Virus record (IMG/VR): IMGVR_UViG_3300032294_001470
Span: 1-55,134 of that record
DNA: 55,134 bases
Strand: one strand, 5' to 3'
Source: a virus
Taxonomy: Duplodnaviria > Caudoviricetes
Part shown: in pieces, positions 27,599 to 36,911 of the stretch
How positions within the stretch are numbered: position 1 is the first letter of the stretch
How the letters are laid out: every line of letters starts with the position of its first letter
Notes under the pieces: model-generated
What the model saw: only the letters and a program-made list of their open reading frames with translations
The model's database searches: none
What the model was told of the DNA's origin: nothing
Position numbers and translations under genes: made by a program

Positions 27599-28021
27599 TT
27601 AAAATGGTATTGATAACCCAACACCATATCTAAACCCTTTTGAGTAATTTAATCCCAAAGAAAAATCCAAAGTTTTTTTATTTCTAGTTATCATTCTAAT
27701 TGGGTATAATTTAACCCAAACATCCGGAATTAATTCTAAATCAATTTGTCTATTTTCAATAAATGTTCCAGCCATAATACTAAATGAATTACTTTTATCG
27801 ACATATGAAAGACCTAATCTATTCATAATTGATAATGGAGTGGTATATGTATATGGTTGTGGGAATGATGTGGTGTAATATCCCCCAACATATAACCCAA
27901 CTTGTTTAAAGTTATATGAAGCAACTAAAGAGTTTTGGTTTGGGATATATAAAATATCGGTTTGTTGAGATTTTACAGATAATGTTACCGCTAAGAAAAC
28001 TAATGTTATTATTTTTTTCAT
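27599..28021 (-). CDS. Small outer-membrane beta-barrel-like protein
   Basis: Sec signal, alternating beta strands, C-terminal YGVGLSIPF. Confidence 0.6.
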   Translation of the reverse strand: MKKIITLVFLAVTLSVKSQQTDILYIPNQNSLVASYNFKQVGLYVGGYYTTSFPQPYTYTTPLSIMNRLGLSYVDKSNSFSIMAGTFIENRQIDLELIPDVWVKLYPIRMITRNKKTLDFSLGLNYSKGFRYGVGLSIPF

Positions 28022-28105
28022 ATCTAACTATTTTATGTTGCAAATATACATAAAAAATTTGATTTAGAGGTAAATATATTTTATATTTTAAAAAAAACTG
28101 AAACA

Positions 28106-29116
28106 ATGTCCAGACTTAACGAATTAAAACGAGACAACCCATCATTAATCCTTAATGTTATCGAAATTATCAATAGTTTATTTAATAAAAGCAAATATAC
28201 CGAATTATCGGTCAATTTAATTAAAAACTATCGAGATAACAGAATGAATAATTATGATAGAGCCGATAATCTAAAGTTAGAATTAATTCATGAATTTAAA
28301 TTAGATGAAGATTTTGTAAACTCAAAATCCAATGAAGAAATAATTAATATTCATTGGTGTTTAGTTGATTATTTTGGGTATCATAATTTTGAGTTGATTA
28401 AAAAATTTGAAGAATTAAACGAAAGAAATTTAATAATTAATAATGATTTAACTAAATTTAAAACTTTTGAGGAGTTGGAGTTGGAGGTATCTTTAGCCGA
28501 ATTAAAGTCAGTAACTAAAGATTTAGAAAAGCAAACCATTAAATTATATGAAAATGATGAATGGTTAATTATTAAACCTATGTCTTTTTTAGCATCTAAA
28601 AAATATGGGGCAACTACAAGATGGTGTACCACTATGGAACACAATCCTGATTATTATTTGAAATACTCAAGAAATGGTATTTTAATTTATTGTTTAAATA
28701 AGAAAACAGGCGATAAGGTTGCGGCATATAAATCCCTTTCCACTCACGAAAATCGCGAAACATCTTTTTGGGACATGTCCGACATCAGAATTGATTCAAT
28801 TGAAAGTGGATTACCTAATGAAATTATGGAAGTCATTAAGAATGAGTTCATTAATATGAAAAAAACTAACTGGGATTTATTGTCCGAAGATGACGCAAAT
28901 AATCAATTATTATGGATTCAGCGAAACTCGTATGACAAAGAGTTTATAGTACCTGAACCTATGTTGACAAGAATTGGAATTGAGGAATACACTGAGGAGA
29001 TTAATGAATATGTTGGAGAACCTGGTGAACTTAGCTTTGTCCCTCAAAGAGCTCGAATTATTCCGTTTAGACCACATGAAACCTCAAATGATGAGGTCCC
29101 GACGAATCGAGGTTAA
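28106..29116 (+). CDS. PcfJ-like 'YG..TRWCTT' protein
   Basis: PMSFLASKKYGATTRWCTT; paralog of 16105-16977. Confidence 0.75.
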   Translation: MSRLNELKRDNPSLILNVIEIINSLFNKSKYTELSVNLIKNYRDNRMNNYDRADNLKLELIHEFKLDEDFVNSKSNEEIINIHWCLVDYFGYHNFELIKKFEELNERNLIINNDLTKFKTFEELELEVSLAELKSVTKDLEKQTIKLYENDEWLIIKPMSFLASKKYGATTRWCTTMEHNPDYYLKYSRNGILIYCLNKKTGDKVAAYKSLSTHENRETSFWDMSDIRIDSIESGLPNEIMEVIKNEFINMKKTNWDLLSEDDANNQLLWIQRNSYDKEFIVPEPMLTRIGIEEYTEEINEYVGEPGELSFVPQRARIIPFRPHETSNDEVPTNRG

Positions 29117-29400
29117 TCAAATTCTTCAATCTCAACAACTAAATTACTACCACCCTTTAAGACACGATGCCAAGCAAGTTTTGGAATGAAGATTTGTTTG
29201 GTATCGTCCAATTTTATGGGTAATTCATTTTCCATTTGAAATTGCCATCCACCACCCTCAAGAATTGTAACTTTTCGGTCGTTAAGGTCTTGGTGCCATT
29301 TTAATTCATAATCATCAACATCGGGACTAAATGTCCTGATTTTTTTATTATCAATTTCAACTTGTTCAAACGGAAACTCCATGATAGATTTTAATGACAA
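29113..29400 (-). CDS. Cupin-fold-like small protein
   Basis: WHxD...WQFQ...IFIPK..WHRV.KG. Confidence 0.65.
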   Translation of the reverse strand: MSLKSIMEFPFEQVEIDNKKIRTFSPDVDDYELKWHQDLNDRKVTILEGGGWQFQMENELPIKLDDTKQIFIPKLAWHRVLKGGSNLVVEIEEFD

Positions 29401-29406
29401 TATGGT

Positions 29407-30033
29407 TTACCAAGAATTTGAAGACGATAGTCCTAATTGTTTAGCGTAACGACCAACTGAACAACTCCAATATCCTGCCGTTGTTCTATCTTTCTTTTGG
29501 TCACATTTATGACGAGCCCTAAAAGACTTCGCAGCCTTTTTATTTGCATTTTTAATTCTTAATCCAGGGTCACCAAAAGTAACTTTTTTAATTCCACCAC
29601 CCGGTGATTTTACATAAACCGCAAACTTTTTAGGACCACCAGGTGTTCTGAATGGTTTGTTTAATTTAACATTCTTTCCACGATGTTTGGCTTCAGATAA
29701 AATATCTTCTTCAGTCTCGACCTCATAAATAAATGGTGCGTCCAAGTATATGTATTCCTTACCTATTTTCACTTTTTTACCTAAATCGGATTCTATCATC
29801 ATAGTATCCTCTTCATTTAATTTTATATTTCCTTCGGTATATAATTTTCTTACCTCATTAACTAAATCAAAATAACTTTCAGAGTAAACTCTAAAAACAT
29901 TATCAGTTAATGTTAGACCATTGTCTATATGATATTGTAGAGCATCTGAAACTTTAACATTTTCAGTTAATACTAAAGTTCTATTTAATTGTTCTTCTAA
30001 TGTTTCTCTAATTAGTTTGCGTAAATTCATCAC
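29407..30033 (-). CDS. Conserved phage protein with basic C-terminal domain
   Basis: KKFAVYVK, VTFGDPG, KSFRARHKC, AGYWSC; leader NLRKLIRETLEE. Confidence 0.8.
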   Translation of the reverse strand: MMNLRKLIRETLEEQLNRTLVLTENVKVSDALQYHIDNGLTLTDNVFRVYSESYFDLVNEVRKLYTEGNIKLNEEDTMMIESDLGKKVKIGKEYIYLDAPFIYEVETEEDILSEAKHRGKNVKLNKPFRTPGGPKKFAVYVKSPGGGIKKVTFGDPGLRIKNANKKAAKSFRARHKCDQKKDRTTAGYWSCSVGRYAKQLGLSSSNSW

Positions 30034-30069
30034 ATTTTATTTTACTTATAAATATACTAACATGTATCT

Positions 30070-31173
30070 TTATTGGGAAGAAGATGATAAGTCAACATCA
30101 CCTAATACAATATACCTTAAATTTAACACAATTGGTGATGTTGTAAAATTAACATCAAAAAAAGATGATGAATTTATAGTATTAAAATTATTCAATGTTA
30201 TGGTTGAATAGGTCGATGATGTGAACCATAACACTTCGGTTAATGGATTCATCCCCGTTAAACTTCTTGCAAGTAGATATCCATCATCAATATAAACTCT
30301 TCCATTTTTGTTAATATCACCAGCTCTCATCTTCGGTCCGGTATTCAATACCAATCCCGGGTTTAATACCGGAGGAACGCTAACATTTCTCGCTTCGTTC
30401 AATAATAAAGATAAATCGTTGTTAGTTAATGTTGTTGAGAATGATGGGATTATCCTATAAGTCATATTATATTCGTTTGGTTTCAATGAGTAATTTCCAC
30501 TTATATCAACATTACTACTATCAATTAATGTGGTGGTTGCGCCATTAATTTTGAATAATTTTAATTTTGGTCGATTAACCAACCCTGATGGTATGGAAAG
30601 ATTTCCACTTATTGTTTCGGTTGGGGGTAAGTTTGGATTTGGTTGGGCCCCAGCAATTGTGGTCTTAAAATCAAAAGTATTACCATAAGGATAAGTTCCA
30701 CATATTACAGGAGAACCGGAATATTGCATAATAAATCTCATAAAAACGGGTCCGTTAAAGACTGTCGTTGGAACAACAAATGTTGAAGTTATTGTTTTGG
30801 TTCCTGTCCAAGAAGTGTTGGTGCTATGAACTAATTCTCCAGCATCTGTTAAAACTCCATTCCCGTTAAAATCAATCCATAATTTGAAATATTCCATGTA
30901 ATTACCATTTGTAACTGCGGTATATGAAATGGATATGGTTTGACCTGCGGTAATGGTTGGGACTGCCGTTCCATTGGTGTAGTTAAAATAACCTGCCGGA
31001 TTACCTCCGGATGCTGCGGTAAATCCATTACTACCTGCATATGTTTGTCCGTTTATCGTAACACTGGAAACATACTCACAACAAAATGTTGTTGGGTGAC
31101 TAGTACATAATGAAGTTTGAGAGTGTACGAAACTACTTATCGATAATAAAATGAATAACAAATATTTCATCAT
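30070..31173 (-). CDS. Secreted GEVED-domain + dockerin-like protein
   Basis: Sec signal; WIDFNGNGVLTDAGELV...MRF (GEVED-like); GDINKNGRVYIDDGYLL (dockerin-like Ca loop); terminal GDVDLS. Confidence 0.75.
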   Translation of the reverse strand: MMKYLLFILLSISSFVHSQTSLCTSHPTTFCCEYVSSVTINGQTYAGSNGFTAASGGNPAGYFNYTNGTAVPTITAGQTISISYTAVTNGNYMEYFKLWIDFNGNGVLTDAGELVHSTNTSWTGTKTITSTFVVPTTVFNGPVFMRFIMQYSGSPVICGTYPYGNTFDFKTTIAGAQPNPNLPPTETISGNLSIPSGLVNRPKLKLFKINGATTTLIDSSNVDISGNYSLKPNEYNMTYRIIPSFSTTLTNNDLSLLLNEARNVSVPPVLNPGLVLNTGPKMRAGDINKNGRVYIDDGYLLARSLTGMNPLTEVLWFTSSTYSTITLNNFNTINSSSFFDVNFTTSPIVLNLRYIVLGDVDLSSSSQ

Positions 31174-32804
31174 AAATTAATTTTTGAACCAATTAGGAAA
31201 AACGAAAGAACCGGAAAGTCGGGATTGGTACTCGTGTTTAGTTTATAATTCATATTGACTTTAAATCTTTTTGAAAATTGGTAATCAACACTTGTCCCTA
31301 TAAAGGCACTGAATGTTCTGTCCGAAACACTGACTTTATCAACAGAGGAATACATCAATGGTGTGGATATTACATACAGTTCAGGTGAGAGTATCATTCT
31401 TTTCCCGACTTTAAATGGTTTAGTGTAAAATGCTGTCATCGCAGGACTTAAATATAAATTCACATCTTCAGGGCTTTTAGTAATAGAACCGCTAACATTA
31501 AACCCCGTAATTCCATATTTTCCTGCATTTAGAATCATACTATACCCTAAAAAACTCATAAGATTACCATATGAATAAACTCCAGTTAAATTCAAATTAT
31601 GAATTAATTTCAATTTTTTGTTCTTACTAAAGTGCATTTTGGTGTATCTCCCTGTTAATGCGAATTGTTTGAAATTTAACCAAATCATCGAGTTTAATCC
31701 CCAACTTGAGGTTCCAGTCATCGATGATTGTGACATTCCAACATTAATGATTGGTGTAAAACTTCTGTCCATATTTTGGGCACTTGTTAAATCAGATGAA
31801 ACTATGATTGGATTAGACCTACTATTACTTTTACCACCTCCTTTACTACCTCCTGAACCTTTATCATTGTTCGCATCAGTTGTCATTGTTGTTGTCACCG
31901 CAACTTCACTACCTTGACCACCTGTTTCACTACCTGTTTGACCACCTGTTTGACCACCTTCACTCTTGGTTGTTTCTTGAGTATTAGTTGAATTTGAAGT
32001 TGTTGATGTATTGGTTGTCTCTGTAGTGGTTGAGTTATTCTTTACACTTGGTCCACCATTCCCTTCAGTTTTTGTCGTATTATTTCCACTACCTTGACCA
32101 CCTGCTTGACCACCGCTTTTTGTTGTGATTGTTGTTGAATTTCCACCGCTTTTTGTTGTGATTGTTGTTGAATTTCCACCGCTTTTTGTTGTGCTTGTTG
32201 TTGAATTTCCTCCGACTTGTGTCGTATTTGTTGTTGAATTTCCTCCACCTTGTGTTGTACTTGTGGGTGATGGAGTATTATTCGAAGAAAAGACACTTGA
32301 GTTAAATGTTGACGGAAATGGGACGCCGGATGTAGAAATTGTTGGTGGTGGTTGTGAACTACTTTTTTTCTCATTTTTTTCATTTTTCGATGTTTTTTCA
32401 TCCGAATTTGAACTCAAATCCGTATTCACTAACATTCCTGATTCCGCGTTAACTTGTCCCATAATACTTCCTACTACACTTTGAATTGTGTTCCCAATTA
32501 TTTGGGAGGTTATTTGGTTTCTAATTATTGTTGTGGTTTGAATCGAACATGGTGTTAATCTCCTATATTCGGTATAGACTTGGTTAATCCAAGTGGCAAA
32601 AACACCACTGATAACATCATCAGCGGTGAAATATTTTTGTTGACCTAAAAATGACACTAATGAACCATTTCCACTTTGTATTGGAAGGTTGAATTGTGTC
32701 ATTTCTTTAGTGCAAGGGTCTACAAAAGTGTAGGTAAATGTTTGACCAATCGCGGTGATATTTGTAAATAAAAGTATCAATAAGATTGGTAATATTTTTA
32801 ACAT
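31170..32804 (-). CDS. Secreted protein with Ser/Thr/Gly linker and C-terminal beta-barrel-like domain
   Basis: Sec signal; low-complexity middle; ~210-aa C-terminus of alternating beta strands ending GSKINL. Confidence 0.7.
   Translation of the reverse strand: MLKILPILLILLFTNITAIGQTFTYTFVDPCTKEMTQFNLPIQSGNGSLVSFLGQQKYFTADDVISGVFATWINQVYTEYRRLTPCSIQTTTIIRNQITSQIIGNTIQSVVGSIMGQVNAESGMLVNTDLSSNSDEKTSKNEKNEKKSSSQPPPTISTSGVPFPSTFNSSVFSSNNTPSPTSTTQGGGNSTTNTTQVGGNSTTSTTKSGGNSTTITTKSGGNSTTITTKSGGQAGGQGSGNNTTKTEGNGGPSVKNNSTTTETTNTSTTSNSTNTQETTKSEGGQTGGQTGSETGGQGSEVAVTTTMTTDANNDKGSGGSKGGGKSNSRSNPIIVSSDLTSAQNMDRSFTPIINVGMSQSSMTGTSSWGLNSMIWLNFKQFALTGRYTKMHFSKNKKLKLIHNLNLTGVYSYGNLMSFLGYSMILNAGKYGITGFNVSGSITKSPEDVNLYLSPAMTAFYTKPFKVGKRMILSPELYVISTPLMYSSVDKVSVSDRTFSAFIGTSVDYQFSKRFKVNMNYKLNTSTNPDFPVLSFFLIGSKINL
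32110..32263. repeat. 33-bp in-frame tandem repeat (~4.5 degenerate copies)
   Basis: Unit CCACCGCTTTTTGTTGTGATTGTTGTTGAATTT at 32110, 32143, 32176 and 32209 (diverging); encodes GGNSTTITTKS. Confidence 0.9.
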
Positions 32805-32806
32805 TT

Positions 32807-33520
32807 TTAATGAGTAAAGATTTGTTTTTTAATCATCCTTGTCACGATTTTAGAACATGCACTTTCCAATGACTTTTTGGTTGTTATACCAATTGTTGAT
32901 TGATTGAATTTTACATCAGTCAAATTATCGTCATTTAATAAAGTCATTTCTCTTGTTGTTGACGCTTCTCCTAATCCTGATGCGGTGAAATAAGCTCCGG
33001 TTTCAGCATTAACAAATTTAACTTGGAGTCCTAACCGAGTTGTCAAGGTATTCTTGACACTTCCTTTAAGTTTTATGGTTTCATCTTCACTAACACTAAA
33101 ATCATAAACCTCAACATAAACAAAGTAGTGAGCCAATCTAATCTTACCTCTACCATTTAATGTGTCCTGTGAGATTCCTGCTTGAGATGCTTGAAATTGT
33201 TTCACCATTCTGTTCTTAATTTCCGTTTTGTCTTCAGTAAAAATAAATCTGTCGGTAAATTCCAAATATTCGACTACGATGTTTGTCAAACCTAACCCAA
33301 CCCTTTTATCTTTTAACTCGGGATATGACTCATATAATTCAGGAGTTACTCCAATGTTTAACAATTGAATTGGTATCGGTTTTCCGTTATATTCAGGTAA
33401 TGTGTCCATTGACGCATTCTTTTCGAAAGATGCTCGGTATTGTTCTGTCTTAATGGTTCCAACTTGAGAGTACGCCACAAAACTTATCATACTCGCTAAA
33501 ATCAATATTATTTTTTTCAT
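32807..33520 (-). CDS. CsgG/HfaB-like exported protein
   Basis: Sec signal MKKIILILAS; GLTNIVVEYL..TDRF...E, AHYFVY.EV.DF and LQVKFVNAETG match the CsgG-family pattern. No lipobox Cys. Confidence 0.7.
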   Translation of the reverse strand: MKKIILILASMISFVAYSQVGTIKTEQYRASFEKNASMDTLPEYNGKPIPIQLLNIGVTPELYESYPELKDKRVGLGLTNIVVEYLEFTDRFIFTEDKTEIKNRMVKQFQASQAGISQDTLNGRGKIRLAHYFVYVEVYDFSVSEDETIKLKGSVKNTLTTRLGLQVKFVNAETGAYFTASGLGEASTTREMTLLNDDNLTDVKFNQSTIGITTKKSLESACSKIVTRMIKKQIFTH

Positions 33521-33521
33521 A

Positions 33522-34109
33522 TTATTCTTCAATTGGTTTAATTAGTCCACAAACCAAACATTCTTCGTCACCATCACCATCTGAGTCACCCCAAACATGT
33601 TGACAATTTCTGTGTGGAAAATATTCGTCAATAACACCATCATTATCGAAATCTAATCCGTCCATAACACCATCTCCATCTTCATCAACTTCAACACCAA
33701 TTTTTGTAACTTGGTCATTTACTTGGACAGGTTGTCCAACTTCTTCACTTGTCGGTAAAACTAATGGTTCTATTGACATTGGAACGATTGGGTTACTTGG
33801 CATATCTGCCGTGTTTGAAAGAGATGTACCATCCTCCTCATCCATTTTCTGGACTAGCATTTTATCTTTATCGGTATCACTGAACCAGTAATCGATAATT
33901 TTACCATAAGAACCAATAAATGCACCTAATAAAAGAAGTAGTAATTCTTTCCACTCGGTTGACATTGGTGTTTTCCACATTATGGCTCCGAAGATTCCTC
34001 CTATAATAAGGATAAACCCACCTAATACCATGGCAGTAATATACCATCTTCTTTTCATCATCGAATTTAGAAGTTCTTTAAATCCTGTTGCTTGCTGATT
34101 GTTTACCAT
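33522..34109 (-). CDS. Two-TM membrane protein with acidic Ca-binding-like loops
   Basis: Two TM helices; DEDGDGVMDGLDFDNDGVIDE and DSDGDGDE; C-terminal CxH...CxxC. Confidence 0.75.
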   Translation of the reverse strand: MVNNQQATGFKELLNSMMKRRWYITAMVLGGFILIIGGIFGAIMWKTPMSTEWKELLLLLLGAFIGSYGKIIDYWFSDTDKDKMLVQKMDEEDGTSLSNTADMPSNPIVPMSIEPLVLPTSEEVGQPVQVNDQVTKIGVEVDEDGDGVMDGLDFDNDGVIDEYFPHRNCQHVWGDSDGDGDEECLVCGLIKPIEE

Positions 34110-34432
34110 TGTGGTTCTTTAGTTTTTAATTCGTCTTGTTTAGGTTCAGCTTTTTTTGTTTCTTGTGGTGCTGATTTTTCAACAACTTTTTCTTTGATGA
34201 TAGTTGTTGTTCCACCTGCGGTTGCAGTTTGTTGTTGTGTGTTGTTGATGTTAATAACTGGTGCCGCTTGTTGAACCGGATGTGGTTCTGACGATTCTTC
34301 TTTTCCACCGAAAAGTTGAGTACTTAACCATACTCCTCCCGCAGTTACAAGAGTGGTTAAGGTTGCAATGATTGTTTTTTTAAGACCTGACCAAGTTCCG
34401 TCATTTGTCTCTACATTTTGTTCTTCTGACAT
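34103..34432 (-). CDS. Single-TM protein
   Basis: TM TIIATLTTLVTAGGVWL; Q/T/P-rich tail. Confidence 0.75.
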   Translation of the reverse strand: MSEEQNVETNDGTWSGLKKTIIATLTTLVTAGGVWLSTQLFGGKEESSEPHPVQQAAPVININNTQQQTATAGGTTTIIKEKVVEKSAPQETKKAEPKQDELKTKEPQW

Positions 34433-34436
34433 TTTT

Positions 34437-36341
34437 TTAAAGTTTAATAAAAGGTTTAGTTATTTGTTTATTATCATCGGACAAAACCAATAGATAGTTT
34501 CCTTGGGGTAGTTCAGGATGGTTTATATTCTTTGTGATTTTTGTATTAGTACCATCTGAATTAATATATCCTAAGTCAATCATTAGTTTGCCTTGATAAT
34601 CATAAATAGATGCATTCATGTTTGTGTTAGGTAATAATTCAAATTCTGTTGTAAAATTACCTGTATTTGGATTAGGGTAAATACTAATCGTTGGCTCTGT
34701 GATATTACTCACTACTTGTGTCATTTTATACATCATCACAACTCTTTGTGATGCTAACACAATATTCAAATGGTCTCCTTCTTTATCTGAAGCATCCATT
34801 AATTGTCTGATAACAACATCGGTTGAAATATCATCCGTTGATGTTTTGGCTAAAAATTTTAATTTAAAAGGGGTCGCTAACCCTTGTAGCGACCCATTTT
34901 TTTGATTATTCATTGCTCCGAATCTAACAATACCATTTACATCGTCATTGGTTACATATTGTAACCAAGGACCTTGTAAATTCGATACTATCTCATCGAA
35001 TGAAACTTTATTGACATCATATTTTATCTCAAATTGTAAACCATTACTAAGTTCACCATTTGTTGAGATGTTAAATGGAACATACATTGGTTCACCCACA
35101 GAATAAACATCAGGAATATTCACATCAAATTGTCCTTTGTAAATCGCTGCGAATATTTCAGTTGTTCCGTTAAATACCGGTGAAGAGTGTGTTCTATCAA
35201 CATCACCTAAAACAAAATATTTGATATCTAAACTTAAATTTGTTAATCCAACACTATCATAAATGAAAGTTCCTCTATTAGAGTAATTTACCCAATCAGT
35301 CCATTGGTTACTTCCTAACACAAGAGAATCATATTCATCTTTACTAAAGACATTTATTAATTTTGAAGTGTCGATAGGTTTTAACCCTGAAACTGATGCG
35401 TATATCCCATAAGGGTCACCACCATCTAATTTAGTGTTTAAGTTAATATCACCAATTAAAAATCCTAAACCATGTTTCAAATAAAGGTGTCCATAAGTTT
35501 GATTAACATCCGTATTAACATACTCATTATATGATTTGATTGCGTCTGAAATTGTAACAGCGTTGTCTCTAATATAATTCAAACTATCTTTAGGGAATCT
35601 AACTTCAATCTTATATTTAGTATTCTCATCAACATTATTTAAAGTATATGTTCCATTGATGTTTGGTTTAGTTTGTGACACCAAGTTTCCGGTATTTTTC
35701 TCATAACAATAGATTGTCGGAAGAAGTCCTGTTGTCATTGTTGTCGGGAACCAAACTTTACCTGAAATTGTTAAGTTACCTAACAACTTAACTCTTTGTT
35801 TTTGAATGTTAAGACTTGCGATGTTATCACCTATTGAAGTTCCGTCCACTTTAAACATTCTCGACCAATTCACAATAATTGAATCTGATTCATAATTTGA
35901 TTCAACATTATTGATAATGAATTTGTTATGGATAATATACCCATTTGACGAGAAATTCGCGGCACTTCCTGAAGCGAATATTAGGTAATTACGACCTACT
36001 TTCCAGTTAGTGTCTGAAGTATAATTATATATCCCTGTTGCTGAGGTATATGAACTATACTTGTAGTTATTCCATTCTTGATAATCTAAGGTTGGAGTGT
36101 TGGTTGAATACATTGCGTCAACCGATGTTGAAATGTGCGTAAATAGGGTTTTCTTAAATTGAAAATCGATTTGAAAGGTTCTAATATCGACACCTGACGC
36201 TGGTTTATAATACCATGCGACATCTATCGTATCACCCCTTCTAACCGTCTTTAATTGTTGAAAATGACCTATTTCCGGTGTTTGTGAGTATCCAATTACA
36301 CTAAAAAGAGCAATGAATACCACGGAAATTAGTTTTTTCAT
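34437..36341 (-). CDS. T9SS-sorted protein with cohesin-like and dockerin-like modules
   Basis: Sec signal; cohesin-like GDTIDV..FQIDFQF and VPFNI..GLQFEIKYD; dockerin-like GDINLNTKLDGGD; C-terminal IYPNPN...IYDYQGK...LPQGNYLLVL...KPFIKL (type A CTD). Confidence 0.8.
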   Translation of the reverse strand: MKKLISVVFIALFSVIGYSQTPEIGHFQQLKTVRRGDTIDVAWYYKPASGVDIRTFQIDFQFKKTLFTHISTSVDAMYSTNTPTLDYQEWNNYKYSSYTSATGIYNYTSDTNWKVGRNYLIFASGSAANFSSNGYIIHNKFIINNVESNYESDSIIVNWSRMFKVDGTSIGDNIASLNIQKQRVKLLGNLTISGKVWFPTTMTTGLLPTIYCYEKNTGNLVSQTKPNINGTYTLNNVDENTKYKIEVRFPKDSLNYIRDNAVTISDAIKSYNEYVNTDVNQTYGHLYLKHGLGFLIGDINLNTKLDGGDPYGIYASVSGLKPIDTSKLINVFSKDEYDSLVLGSNQWTDWVNYSNRGTFIYDSVGLTNLSLDIKYFVLGDVDRTHSSPVFNGTTEIFAAIYKGQFDVNIPDVYSVGEPMYVPFNISTNGELSNGLQFEIKYDVNKVSFDEIVSNLQGPWLQYVTNDDVNGIVRFGAMNNQKNGSLQGLATPFKLKFLAKTSTDDISTDVVIRQLMDASDKEGDHLNIVLASQRVVMMYKMTQVVSNITEPTISIYPNPNTGNFTTEFELLPNTNMNASIYDYQGKLMIDLGYINSDGTNTKITKNINHPELPQGNYLLVLSDDNKQITKPFIKL

Positions 36342-36838
36342 CTTTTAAATAAATTAATGATTAATGTCTCTGAGGACTTTTTTATAACATTCGAAACTGA
36401 TGTTTGATTAAAACCACCATTTTCTGATATTATTAGTGTTGACATGGAAATCTCGGAGGATTTACCACTGGTAATGGTTTCTCTAATTTTTTTACCATTT
36501 TTATCATATAGATAACCTTTAACCCTTAAGATTGTTTCATTCTCATCTTTATGAAAAACTGAAACTCCGGAGTTTGTTTGAATTATATCAAAATAAAGTA
36601 ATTCAACTTTAATCACATAATCCGCGTCTTTAATAGAATCGGTTACATCATAATTCATTTCCTGTAAATTCTCCAAAAGAATGTTTTTAACTCCAAAAGT
36701 CAAATTTCGGTTGTTAGATAGTTCTCCAATCTCAATCTTATTTTCAATTGATTGAATAAAAACTTTTTTAGGAGATTCTTGTTGAGTGAAGGATGCGAGC
36801 ATCACGATGGCTAGCATCGAAGTGAATAATTTTAACAT
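36338..36838 (-). CDS. Exported protein, CsgG/LptE-like alpha-beta fold
   Basis: Signal peptide; VFIQSIEN, FGVKNILLENL, ADYVIKVELLYFD; shares 'FNQ(T/S)...KKS.E' tail with 32807-33520. Confidence 0.6.
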   Translation of the reverse strand: MLKLFTSMLAIVMLASFTQQESPKKVFIQSIENKIEIGELSNNRNLTFGVKNILLENLQEMNYDVTDSIKDADYVIKVELLYFDIIQTNSGVSVFHKDENETILRVKGYLYDKNGKKIRETITSGKSSEISMSTLIISENGGFNQTSVSNVIKKSSETLIINLFKR

Positions 36839-36859
36839 ATTAATAGTATCTTGGTATTG

Positions 36860-36896
36860 ATAAATATTTCAAAACTTATTGTTGATAGATATTTAT
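36860..36896. promoter_or_regulatory. Back-to-back ATATTTAT motifs for the divergent envelope operon and endolysin
   Basis: ATAAATAT at 36860-36867 (ATATTTAT on minus) and ATATTTAT at 36889-36896 (plus). Confidence 0.6.
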
Positions 36897-36911
36897 TATA
36901 AAAAATATATT

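Noticed and set aside
32110-32263. 33-bp repeats as a CRISPR array
   Set aside because: Head-to-tail with no spacers, in frame within a CDS, and no cas genes in the window.
30070-36838. Curli (type VIII secretion) operon
   Set aside because: No curlin-repeat subunit or recognisable CsgE/CsgF; the CsgG-like protein lacks a lipobox.
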